A stretch of 62,530 nucleotides of DNA, filler included, from Bipalium vagum (GCA_037834085.1; 3 parts of 3 records of this genome joined end to end with filler, not necessarily neighbours in it); one strand, 5' to 3'. Positions 1 to 11,400 are shown, counted from the whole stretch's first letter. Notes: a model not told the origin generated them from the sequence alone. Translations and numbers: made by a program.

Positions 1-1009
1 ATTTTTAATAATTTATTAACCCTTGATTATATTTAATACTACAGTTAACCCATTTAGACTAAAATTGATTATTATTGGTAGTGATTTATTATATATTTAA
101 TTCATTCTTTATTGCTGTGTTGTGATAATATAGTGTGATATTGGTGTAACATTTCAGATATTAATTGTGATCCCAAACTCTTGCATTATCTTTTGTAATT
201 CCGTGTATTGTATTTTGTGTTTGTGTATAAATACAATTGTTGCTTTACTGATTGTTTTTATTTGCACCACCTAAGATTTGGAATTAGGTCTAAATTTGAT
301 ACACTAAATAGTGATCAATATTAAATGATCTAATCTTGACAACGACAGGTGTCGAATTGCCAAGATTAGATTCCCAATTAAGAATACAAGTCTACTTCTG
401 ATCAGTATAAAAGACAGTAGAGTTCAAAATGGACTGCCACAAAAAAGTTTGAAAAAATTTTTTGTTGATTAAAATTTATTGATTTGTAAAGTCAGAAGAA
501 ACTTATTACCGGAAACAAAACAGGTTAGTAACAATCTATTATGCTTATGTCCATTTCTAGGACGTTTATGAGCGTACCGGATCGGGGTCATCAAACGATC
601 CTAGGACCCATCGTCTTCTAAAGTGTTGAGATCTTTAATTTTTTTCTTTTCTTTTTAAATTAGCATTGGACTTATTGATTATATTAATTAGTGATTCATT
701 ATATTAATTACATTTTATCAGACTTTTACGCTGATCTGATTATTTGATTTGACTATTATCGATTGTTTTAATTTTCAGTATCTTTGGATCGTCTTTAGAT
801 TTTAAAATTATCATATTTGGTTTATTAGTGACATTTACAGTTGATGTTGTTTTATTGTGTGATCATCATTGTGTATCTGTGTTGATAAAATAAATTATTG
901 TGGAAAGCTATGATTAAATTATTCAAATATTTTCCAACATGTTATTGAAAAAAGTGAAAGGATCAATAAATTTACGAGATAAATGTTTCAAAATGATTTC
1001 ATAGTATAG

Positions 1010-1281
1010 TAACGGTCTAGGTAGCAAGCTAAACTGTTACAAGGAACGCTTACAACTGGGCTCACCAACTCCCTCGAAGGAAGTGTAAATAATAGAAAAC
1101 TCACAAATAAACAAAGTGATTAACAAAATAAGGTATATTTGTTATCACAAATGCAAGGTTAGAAATCTATTCAATCAAACAATATTCAAAATACAAAGGA
1201 TTAATTAATTAATAAAATGTCTTCTTGACTTTACGATAGTCGAAGAAGTCCTGATAACATAAATGCGCATTCTGTCGCCTA
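1010..1281 (-). mobile_element. Solo-LTR-like fragment (copy 1), cut off where Polinton A begins
   Basis: Shares blocks with 12751-13100 (actgggctcaccaact; gtcttcttg...cgaagaag; aatgcg(c/t)attctgtcg). Similarity stops at 1281, immediately before AGTAGTAG. LTR identity is inferred. Confidence 0.45.
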
Positions 1282-1473
1282 AGTAGTAGGTAAAACCATA
1301 CTTTGAGGACAGGATCCCAACTTAAAAAAATTTTTTTTCTCTTCAGCCTGGAGGGCTCCTTTAAAAAATACAAAACGTTGGGGGCATATTTTTTTCCTCT
1401 TTTCCGTCGCTTCGCTCTTTCAAAAGAGTATAAAAATATTTCCTTTCCTCAAAGTATGGTTTTATCTGCTACT
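1282..1473. repeat. 28-bp inverted repeat at the Polinton left end
   Basis: agtagtaggtaaaaccatactttgagga (1282-1309) pairs with tcctcaaagtatggttttatctgctact (1446-1473), 2 mismatches. Confidence 0.9.
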
Positions 1474-1539
1474 TCATTTATTATAATCTTATATTACTAG
1501 TTTTTAAAAACTTTAAAAAATTAAATTTTTTCTTAAAAA

Positions 1540-1857
1540 ATGGAAACCAAAAGAAACGATTTAAATAATTGGTCTAATGAAGAATTAAATAAAATTGAAA
1601 ATAAATTTCCATTAAATAAATATTATGAAATATTTTTAAGAGCTGGAAATTATAACTTAGAAGAAAAAGACTTAAAATCTTATTCTAAAGATTTATTATG
1701 GTTAATAGAAAATTGTACATTTGAACCATATAAAAATAAAATAAAAAATCAACATGAAAATCTGAATGATATAATTATTTATAATTACTCAAAAATAGAT
1801 GAAAACCTAAGGGTGGAAATATTAAAATTTTATCAAAAAAAACTTTTAAATAAATAA
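1540..1857 (+). CDS. Polinton hypothetical protein (105 aa)
   Basis: Open ATG-started ORF preceded by ttttttcttaaaaaATG; the same context occurs before the ATG at 4021. No recognisable domain. Confidence 0.45.
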   Translation: METKRNDLNNWSNEELNKIENKFPLNKYYEIFLRAGNYNLEEKDLKSYSKDLLWLIENCTFEPYKNKIKNQHENLNDIIIYNYSKIDENLRVEILKFYQKKLLNK

Positions 1858-1877
1858 ATTTAAAAATTAAAAAATTT

Positions 1878-2177
1878 TTGAAAATTGGTATTGCGAAATT
1901 TGTGATAAAAGTATTTTTTAAAAAAAATAAAAGTAGACATGAAATTACAAATATAAATTTTTTAAATAGTAGAAAAATAAAATATAATCTTCTTAGAAAG
2001 AGGTCTCCTCCTCCAAAAATAGAAGATAATCCTCCAATTAGGTGGTCTCCTCCTCCAAGATTGGAGACTAATCTTCCTCCTCCAAAAATGGAGGATCTTC
2101 CTAAAGGGAGAAATAAAACTAATATTCAAATCATTCAAGAAAAATTTCCAATTGTTTTCCCCCAAAATTGGTGGTGA
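1878..2177 (+). pseudogene. Proline-rich repeat ORF, probably the N-terminal part of the PLA2-integrase gene
   Basis: Three (S/L)PPP(K/R)xE(D/T) repeats at ~2003-2100; overlaps the PLA2 frame. Confidence 0.4.
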
Positions 2178-2610
2178 CATTCAATCTTCAATTACAAATA
2201 ATAAATTTTTAAATAAATTTACAACTGGTAAATATCGATGAGAATTGCATTTAAAATCTTTAAATACTTTAAACAAAACAAATCCAGTTCACAATTTACA
2301 GGACCTGGAACTAATGTTGACTAACTTTTAGAAAACTATAAAGAAATATTAGAAAATTTTGAAGACAATCAAGATTTATCAATTCTCCTAATTCCAAAGC
2401 CTGATTCAATTCCAATAAACCGAGTTGATCAAGCAGCAATAAAACATGATGTAAAATATATGTCAACAAATTTAAAAGATAGACATGTTGCAGATGTAGA
2501 AATGATTCATGAAATGAACAATATTCAAAATCCAACTCCAAGAGAAAAACTTGAAAGAGCAATTGTAAAATTAATTATGAAGAGCAAGGTCGCTTTAGGT
2601 TTAGGATTAA
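2170..2610 (+). pseudogene. Parvovirus-type phospholipase A2-like domain
   Basis: Reads GGDIQ...KYR*ELHL...HN/FTGPGTN...PINRVDQAAIKHDVKY...DRHVAD, giving the Ca-binding GPG loop and the catalytic HDxxY...D motif. One frameshift near 2294; stops at 2239 and 2322. Confidence 0.85.
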
Positions 2611-3490
2611 ATAGATCTTCAAAGTTGCTCGCAAATGAAAAATTATTTGAAAACTCAAAAATTCTTCCTCCTGAAAAAAGTAAAAATTTAGCAAATGAAC
2701 TTCATAAAGAATTTAGAAAAACAAAATATTTCTTAAAAGTAAAAGTAAATAACAAAGATGATATTTGGTCTGCAGATTTAACATTTGTCCCAGGAGAAAA
2801 AGATAATAAAACAATTCTAACAGTTATAGATTTATATACTCGTTTTGCTTTTGTTGTTCCTTTAAAAAATAAATCAGGACAATCAATTACAAATGCTTTC
2901 GATAAAACATTTGAATATTCTAATAGGAAACCAGAAAAAATATGGGTTGATAAAAGAACAGAATTTTATAACAAAACATTTGAAAATTTTTGTGATGATA
3001 GTAAGATTGAAATTTACTCAACAGAGAATGAGGGAAAAGCAGTTGTCATTGAAAGATTTATTGGAACTCTAAAAAATTTAATGTTTAAAAAATTTACAGA
3101 ACAAGGACATAGAAAATGGTTACATTTTTTACCAAATTTAATTAATTTTTACAATAATAAAATTCATAGTTCATTTGGTTCATCATGAGGCTTCTAAAAA
3201 TCCAGCAAAGCTGACTAAGCCTATGACTAATCCTGAAAAGTTAAAGAATAAATCATTAGCAACCTCTTCTGTTTCCCAATTATCTTTAAAACCCAAATTT
3301 CGAATTGGAGATAAAGTTCGAATTTTTAAATATAAAAATAAATTCGAAAAAGATACACAACAAAATGGACTGAAGAAATATTTATTGTGAATGAAATTTA
3401 TTTTAATAATCCAATTGTTTATGGAATAATTGATTTAAAAGGAGAAAAGATTTTAGGTCGATTTTACCAAAATGAACTTCAAAGAAGTTT
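2460..3490 (+). pseudogene. Polinton retroviral-type (rve, DDE) integrase
   Basis: Motifs ELHKEFRK, IWSADL, VIDLYTRFAF, IWVDKRTEFYN, VIERFIGTLK. The C-terminal KFRIGDKVRI...GRFYQNELQ is reached through frameshifts near 3180 and 3352. Confidence 0.92.
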
Positions 3491-4020
3491 TATAAAGACA
3501 TGTGATAACCAACTAAAATTTGATTTTAAAAATCAACTAAAAATGTATTCGGTTCAAGGAGAAGCTTTGGATAACATGAAGATCTTAGCAAAACGAAATT
3601 TTAAAGAGCTTTTAAAGAAAAATGGTATGATTACTCAAAAGAGTATATAAATTTATTAATAAGATTTTACAAATTCAGTCAAAATAACAAATCAATATTC
3701 AATTATGCAATTTCAATTCATTTCATCAAGAAACATTTCAGAGTAATTGAAAATCTATTTTTAGAAAATAAATTATGAGTTTCATTGGTTAAAGCGGGTA
3801 ACGGCGTTACCCGATTTTATTTATGTCTTTTAGTTTAGAAATAAATATTTATCTTTGTCATTTTTATTTTGAAATAAGTAATTTAATTACTTAATTTTCA
3901 AATATCTAATTTTAATTATTTAATTATAAATATTTTATTTAATCAAATAAAAATGAATCGGATTTGAAAAATATTACCTATAAAAATTAAAAATATTTTT
4001 TCCAAACTTTTTCTTAAAAA

Positions 4021-4585
4021 ATGTCTAAAGAAATAACTGAAACAAAACTTCAAAATATTATAGAAATAGGAAAACCTAAATATATAACTGTTAATAGGGA
4101 AAAATATTACCCATTCAAAAAATAATATATGAAATAAAAGAGGAAATTAATAACCAAACAGATGAAGAAAAATCAGGAGGAGTCTAACTATTAATTCAAA
4201 TTTTAGAAGCAATATTTGCAGGTTTAGGAGCAGCGGGTGGAGTTGCTGAGGAGTTGCAACAGCAGTTCAAAAATCAAAAGAGGCTCAAAAAAATAATGCA
4301 GAGAAAGAAAAGATAGAATTAGAAAAAAATAAGTTAGAAATGGAAGTGGAAAAGTTGAAACCAAAATCTTCCACAGAAGTTACAGTTGGGGTTGGACTTT
4401 ACTTCGATCCATATTTTGGAAAAGGGTTGAGAGATACAATTTTAAATAGCTCACAATATAAAAGTTTACAGAAATCTGAAAGGAAAGATTTAAAGGAATT
4501 ATTACAAAAATTATCTAAAAATAAAATTAAAATTGTGAAACAAGGAAATGGATTATATTTCGATCCTTATGAGAAAAGTAAATAA
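4021..4585 (+). pseudogene. Adenovirus pX-like / Polinton X membrane-active core protein
   Basis: Reads SGGV*LLIQILEAIFAGLGAAGGVA/GVATAV, then a coiled coil and two GxGLYFDPY motifs, as in Polinton X-type proteins. Confidence 0.7.
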
Positions 4586-4829
4586 ATTTCCAAACTCAAC
4601 ATTTTTTTCCAACTTAAATTTTTTCCGAACATAAAGATGTTCTAAAAAAAATCTGAAAAATAAAAAAAATGGAATCCATAAATGAGTATTATAGTATTAT
4701 GGAGTATTATAGGAAATATAGATTTTACAACTTATGAAAATTCGGATATTTTACTAGAGGCACAAAACTTACTAGAATTCAGACGAAGTCCTTATGAAAT
4801 CTTGATTTCATTTCTCTGTAAATATGGAA

Positions 4830-5200
4830 TTAATTCAACATCAAATTCTGATTTAATAGATTTTGCTGAGGACTTAAAAATGCCCTTAAAAGTTTTAATG
4901 CGGGATCAAGTAACATAAAAGAGTTAAATCAAAAATTAATTATTATTAATTATTATTAATTATAAAAATAAAAATCAAAAAGGAATTCATTGGGTTGGTT
5001 ATTTTAAAAATTTTTTCTTTGATTCTTACGGTTTACCACCACTTGAAGATTTAGAAAAACATATTAAGGAATATAATAAATTTGATTTTCAATCTGAAAC
5101 AGATTTGGAATATTGTGGGCAATTATTTTTATATGTTTTATATCATTTATATAATAATAAAAAATTTTAGGAAATTTTAGAAGAGTTGGAATATGTTATT
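4830..5200 (+). pseudogene. Polinton cysteine protease (adenain-like)
   Basis: SNSDL...LMRD, then from 4982 GIHWVGY...FFDSYGLPP...FQSETDLEYCGQLFLY, giving the His/Asp/Gln/Cys catalytic pattern. Confidence 0.9.
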
Positions 5201-5234
5201 TTTGAGAAGTTAAAACTAAAAATTAAATTAAAAA

Positions 5235-6370
5235 ATGCAAGATGATTCAAGCGATAAAGATTTTGCTAATATTACTGAAAATGGAGAATATATTCATACT
5301 AAAACTAAACCACCAATTTATTATGATGATAATGATAATGAAGAAATAAACGAAATAAATGAAGAAATTATAAATATTAAAAATGACTCAGAAAATAAAT
5401 TTTTAAATGTTACTGGAGATTCAATGAAAGGAATTTTAAATATGAATAATAATAAAATAATAAATATTCCAAATCTTGGTGAAGATAATGATTTTGTAAA
5501 TTTTAAATTTGTAAAAGAGATAGAACAAAAATATTAAACCAAATTTTTGAAAGTAAAAAAAGATTAATATAACTAATAGAAACATAAATGGTTTTAATTT
5601 TAATTTTATTTTATTTAAAGACAACTTTTATAATGATAAAAAACATTAAGAAGATAAAATAAAAAAGTCAATTAAATCTTGAGAAAATTTCTTTTAAAAA
5701 TATTAATAAAGATATAGAAAAAAATAAAAATAAAAAATATTCAGATATTAAAATAAAACAATATAAATCTATAGAAAAAGATGTTAATGAAATTCGAACT
5801 ATGTTCTAGAAAGCAAAGCACAGATTTACAAGTTTTAGAAGAAAGCATAAGAATTCTTGAAAATAACTTTCGAGATTTTTCAGATTTTATAAAAAAACTT
5901 TAAATAAACATGACATATTCTTATACTGTGAAGATTATAAAAAATTTTATGAAAGATTAGTTGTGCCATTTGCTTAGTATTCTTATTGGATATCTTTAAT
6001 AACTAATAGTATATTTTCTGGAAAATTAAAAATAAATTTAAATGAACTTGGATATTTTGATGGAGAAAAAAATTTTAATTTGAAAAATGCATTTACAATA
6101 ATATTAGTTGCAGACCAAAATAAATATGAAATTGATAAGATTGTAAATTTTGGAACAAAAAATCATTATTATATTTTTGGATAGTATAATACTTATAGGA
6201 ATTATTTTATGGTAAATGAAGACCTTTAGAGAAAAATTATTTTAATAATATAAAGGAACAGATTTAATATTTTTAATATTTACTGAATTGGTTTGGTTTG
6301 ATAAAGTTACAAAAAAATTTATTTTTTTTATAATTCAGAAAATAAATTTGAATCTATTTGTAATGATTAA
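5235..6370 (+). pseudogene. Fibre-like Polinton ORF, copy A
   Basis: FLNVTGDSMKGILNMNNNKIINI...DNDFVNFKFV resembles the GDxMxGxLNMxxNKIxNL...DAxNKxYVD tail-fibre-type repeat. Frameshifted; paralogous to 11570-12660. Confidence 0.55.
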
Positions 6371-6399
6371 AAAAATCTTTACGTTTTGTTACAAAATTT

Positions 6400-6681
6400 A
6401 TATTAAAAAATAGAAATTGAACCAACTTCTCAGAGCTGTTCAGACCTTCGGTCGCTTTATCCGAATTTAGAAAGTTATGAAAATTAGAAAAGATGATCTC
6501 TCAATATTATTGAAAAAAAAACTTGAAAAATTGAAAATTTTATGAATGAAAAAAAATTTTTAGAAGACTTATTAAGACATGATAAAAAATTAAAATTTAA
6601 ATATACTAAAATAGATTCACATTTAAAATTAGGAAATAATATAAATACTGGAATTGTTGGAATTTTAACTGGTCTTTCAAC
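6400..6681 (+). pseudogene. N-terminal part of the Polinton membrane protein, copy A (truncated)
   Basis: EPTSQ...LYPNLE...IENFMNEKKFLEDLLRHDKKLKFKYTKIDSHLKLG aligns with the copy B ORF at 10950-11400. Confidence 0.65.
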
Positions 6682-7320
6682 TGAGTACTTAATTTTAAGG
6701 AACAATTAATTAACAGTTAACGTCAATCGGTAAAGATTGCATAACTAGGTTTAATAAAATTAATATGATTTTAATCAACTCTTCTGTACTCACAGAGAGA
6801 TGAATTGTAACTAATAATAGTATTTAAAATAATATAAACAATGTACTTTTTATGACTTGTCGATGCTGATTAGGCTCAAGTGGAAGTGAAATGTTCTTCT
6901 CGATTTGATTTAGCTTTACTCTTTTATATTGTCGGTAACCTAATATGTTGATCGCGGCTCTTGTGTATTGATCCGATTTTTAATTAGATTCTGATTTATT
7001 TGGTCGACTTGGATTCTTGAATACTTAATTTTGTTTTGATCAGAAAGTGATATTGGAATTTGTTTTTCGGCCTTTAAATTCTTTTCCAAAATTGAACTTG
7101 TTCTTACTGATTATGTCTCGAAAATTCCTTTAATGAATGTGTCTATTGTCTGGAATTTGTGTCTCTTTCTCTCGGGTAAGCTTTCTTTTATATTACTTAT
7201 TTTGTATATTTTATTATTTTTAGTAAAGTATGTGTTGCTATTTTTATATTTTTATATGCTTTAACTTTCCTAAAATAAACTTTATTATTATTTTTGGTGT
7301 AATTTTTTATTTTTAGTAAA
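6682..7320 (-). mobile_element. LTR-like fragment separating the two Polintons
   Basis: Polinton homology stops abruptly at TGAGTAC (6682). The minus strand has TATAAAAG near 6922-6929 and ends ...TACTCA. No ORF. Confidence 0.3.
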
Positions 7321-7622
7321 CTCTCAGTTTCTATTTTTAGGTTACTATTAATTTTTATATTTTCTCCAAGACTTTAATGACGCTATTAATAATATTAAAT
7401 TAATAATAATAATAATTAATTAATTAAAGAGTCTTTTGGTGGTCAGTCACAAAATTTTACAAAATAAAATCAAACATTTATTGATCAAGTGCAAATCAGT
7501 AAAGATGCTCAAAAATGAAATGTTAATAAAAAAAATGTTTATTATGGGTTTACTGTGAAATGCTCCACACATTCTTCGTGACAAAAATTTTTTTTTTCAC
7601 ACGATTCATAAAATTTATTGTT

Positions 7623-9720
7623 GTCAGTATCACAATAAATTACTCTTTTATTTAATGTATCTAAAATATTATATAATCTTAATCTTGCATGATCAGTTGT
7701 AAATAATGCTATATAAACATTTTCAGTTTTATTTGGTTTTTTCCATTCTTGTTTTATATGATATCTCGTCATGCAAACTTCTTCATTTTAAAGAATTGGA
7801 TTTGGTTCTATAATTTTGTCATTGAATATTCTTTTACAAATATCAATATAATTATAAACATCTGAACATTTTTCAAAATTATCTCTCATTCCCAAATGTC
7901 CCCATAAACTAATTAAACAAATTTTAGCTGTAAATCTTAAACCAGCATTAAATTTAATATTATCAATGTCTAAATCATAAGCAATATTTTCTGTTACAAA
8001 TTCAATTTTAGTATTACCATCATTTTCATTTTAAAATTATGATTACAGTGCTTATTACAATCAGAAGAACAATTTTCATCATGATATTTAAATTTAAAAC
8101 CAGAGGCTTTCAATTTATATTTCATAAATATATTTACATAGTCTTCAATAAACCTTTTTTAGTTTTATCAAAATGTTCTATTTCAAAAATTTTTAAAATT
8201 TTATATCCTTTTTCAATTGCTTAATCTATTTCAATTGTTGGCCATCTTCCAAATAATGATCTCTCTTCATCATTATAATTACATATTTTAGTTCTTATTT
8301 TTGAACATGTTTTACAATTTTTTTTGCAGGACTTAAGTTTTATCTGTTATTTATACAAATTTTGCAATATTTATTTTGTGATCAGAAATTTCGATATTTG
8401 GACAACAACTGCTTTTAACATAGTGATTAAAATTAATATTTATTTTTTCCATACATGTTTAACATAATCCAAATAATAACTTGAGAGCATTTCCTATTTC
8501 TTGTTTATAACGTGAGACTGATAAATGTAAATATCTTGGTGGTAAAATTTTACATTCTATAACTCCAAAGTAGCAAGCTTCGATTGCAGCGGCTTTGCAG
8601 CATTTTTATTTAAATATTCTTCTGGTGAAATATTTATTAATTTTATGGGATGTCCAATTAGATATTCATCATATTTAATTAATGTTGGATATAGTGAAAC
8701 AAAATCTACATATTTTATTTTTTCAGTCTCACTTTTATGATATAATTGAATAGGTTCAGTTCTTCCTCCATAAAATGCTTCTTTTGGTTTTAGTTTACAT
8801 AATTCCGGATCAATTTTAAAATTTTTAAAATCAGGATTTTCTAAAAGTTTTTCATATTCACATTCCCATATTTCTATAAATTCTAATTTTAAATTTTTAT
8901 CATTAAAATATTTTATAAAATTATTCATTTTTCCTAAAGTTCAATTATTTTAAAATTCCATTGTTTTATTTCCTTTTTTACAAACGTCATCTTTATTATA
9001 ACATTTTAAATAACCTTGAAAATAACAACCACTAAATTCATAAATATAATAGGATTTAGAAGTTTGATCATAATTGTAACGGAAATAATTAAATTTATTA
9101 ATGATTATTGTTTAAATAATGAGAACAGGGCCGATATTATTGTTTTTGAAATATATCTTAGTATTATGGATTTTCTTCATAATACTGAACAGATTAACAA
9201 TAATAATCCGTCAATTTTATTTGTTTTGACAGCTTTACTTCCAAGAGCTTCGCTCGTATTATTAGCTCTAATTGATTTTTGTCCTCCTTTTTTTGCTTCT
9301 TGAGATTTTATATTATCAATTTTACTAAAATGAGTCTTTTTCGAGTTTACCAACGAAACTGTGTATTTTAACTAATGAATACAGTTATAAGAATATATAT
9401 CTTCAAAATTACTTAATCTCGGTATTCCAATCTCTTCATTATTTATCATGGACAAATATTTTTGTTCAAATTTGTGCTATTGTCATACATAGGATAGAAC
9501 TATTCTTTTGAAAAACAGTTGTTAGTCATTTGAAATTTAAATAATTGTCTAGATTGATAATATAAATTTAAAATTAAATTTAGCATTGATAAATTAATTG
9601 AGCTATCAATTACTCCATTAATTTCATCTGAAACATCATCATTTGTGCGATTTCTTATTAATTTTACATTATTTTTTGTGGTAAATAAGCTCTTTACTTT
9701 TCTTCAATATATTCTTGATT
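7623..9720 (-). pseudogene. Protein-primed family B DNA polymerase with a VSR-like endonuclease insert
   Basis: YIYEFSGCYFQGYLKCY (~9000-9050), IWECEY, FYGGRT, YVDFVSLYP (motif A), AKICLISLWG (motif B), FTTDHARLRLY, YCDTD (motif C). Truncated right after DTD. Confidence 0.93.
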
Positions 9721-10949
9721 ATTCATTTTTTAAAATAAAAAATAACATTTTTATTTTTTAAAAATATTTGTACTGGGAACAAAATTAATATTTTTCATCA
9801 TTTTTTGATTATTTTTTAGTGATTTATTTTTTTAGTTATTTTTTTATACGACACAAAGTGTACCGTTTATAAAAACGTTTCTGACGAACGAACGAGTATG
9901 TGTGCTTCTATTTTATAATTTTATTATTTTTCCTTTTAACATTGATCTAAGATATTTTTGTCAAAATATATTCTTTATCATTTTCCTTATTTTTTATTTT
10001 TATTTCATCATTACTGACTATTATTTCATGTTTATTATTTTTTATTCTCATTATATTTTCATCAATTATTGGTTTTATTGTTTTTGTTAAATTGTTTTCA
10101 TTTAAGTTTATTTTTAATAATTCATATTTTGGTGGATTATCTTCTTGTATCAAATATCTTTTTGATGTTTTATCACATCTTTTATTTTAATATTTATTTC
10201 ATTATTTACTTCATTATTTGTTTTTTTATTATTTTCAAAGTTTTTGTTATGAAGACCTTCAGACACTAATTTATCTACAACAGGTTTATGAAATTTATTT
10301 AAATCAGTTATTAATATTTCTCTTTCTTCTTTCCATTGAATTAATTGATTAGATTCAAATTTATTTTTTTACAGTTATTAATTTTTTTTAATTGTTCTAC
10401 TCTTTTTTTAAGATCAATTGAATTTTGATTCGCATCCATTTTGGAAAACATATTTTGACAGAAAATAAATATATTATTTTAAACAAAACTTTGTATTTCC
10501 ATAAAATTGCATAATGCAGCAAAGCTGCTATGGCTACCAGGGTTAGTAATAATATTCAATTTCCAAAAAATCATAAATATCTTGAAGACATTGAATTTCA
10601 AAATTTTTAAATAGGAGAAATTTCTAATAAATATAAAATTTTATTTGTCAAAAATCCATTATATAAAGCACTCATTATTTTTCAAAAATAAAATAGTTTT
10701 TTTTATTAATATTTTTCAATGTTTTTCTATACTCTTTTTTAAGTTCATTTTTTAATTCTATTTTAGTTTCACTTTTTAATTTTTCAATCATCTTTCCTGC
10801 TTTTATTTTTTTAATATTTTCTTTACATTCATTTATAATCTTTTTTGCCTATTCAATTTCTTCATTTGTTAATATTTTATCTTCTATGCTTTTAATTGAA
10901 ATATATAAAGTTTACTAATTGATGATTCTATTGATTCACAAATTTCTCT

Positions 10950-11400
10950 TTATATATTTTTATTTTTAGAAGTAATACCTATACTAATTGTTTCTCCAAT
11001 AAATAAATTTACAGATCCAAAAATTGATGTTGCAACCGGTATAAAAAATAATAAACTAGTTCCAATTGTTGGTACAGCAGTCATAATTGCTGTTCCAATT
11101 TCTAAAACACCTCCAATAAAAATACGTCCAAATTTTAAATATGAATCTATAGAAGTATTTTTATTTTTTAACATTTTTTAATGAGTAAGTAAATCTCTAA
11201 TAATTTTTTCTCATTCATAAAATTTTCTATTTTTATTTTTTCCAATTGATCTATCAATAGAGAATCTAGTTAGAGAATCTTTCGGAAAAGTTTTCGAAGT
11301 TCTCATTTTGTAAAATTGGATAATTGACTTTGTCCTCTGTTGAGTGAAGCTCAAAAATAGGAGCAGTTGGTTTTTCAATTTTTTCAATTTTCTTTTTTTT
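10950..11400 (-). pseudogene. Polinton membrane protein, copy B
   Basis: KPTAPIF...NYPILQN...IENFMNEKK...IDSYLKFG followed by two hydrophobic Gly/Ala/Thr-rich segments; stops and frameshifts. Confidence 0.65.

Larger units (their letters stand above)
1282..6681 (+). mobile_element. Decayed Polinton/Maverick (adintovirus-like) element, copy A
   Basis: Starts AGTAGTAG, a typical Polinton terminus. Contains, in order, PLA2-like, rve integrase, X-like, cysteine protease, fibre-like and membrane-protein ORFs, with stops and frameshifts. Confidence 0.9.

Noticed and set aside
1-930. LTR-like or retroelement leader sequence
   Set aside because: Composition is suggestive, but no termini, partner repeat or coding motif could be fixed.
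1055-1067. actgggctcacca as a tRNA primer-binding site (TGGTGAGCCCAGT on the minus strand)
   Set aside because: Not adjacent to an LTR-terminal CA in either copy, and no gag follows.
1215-1281. Hammerhead ribozyme
   Set aside because: CTGATAA is present, but there is no GAAA core or stem arrangement, and it is not conserved in the second copy.
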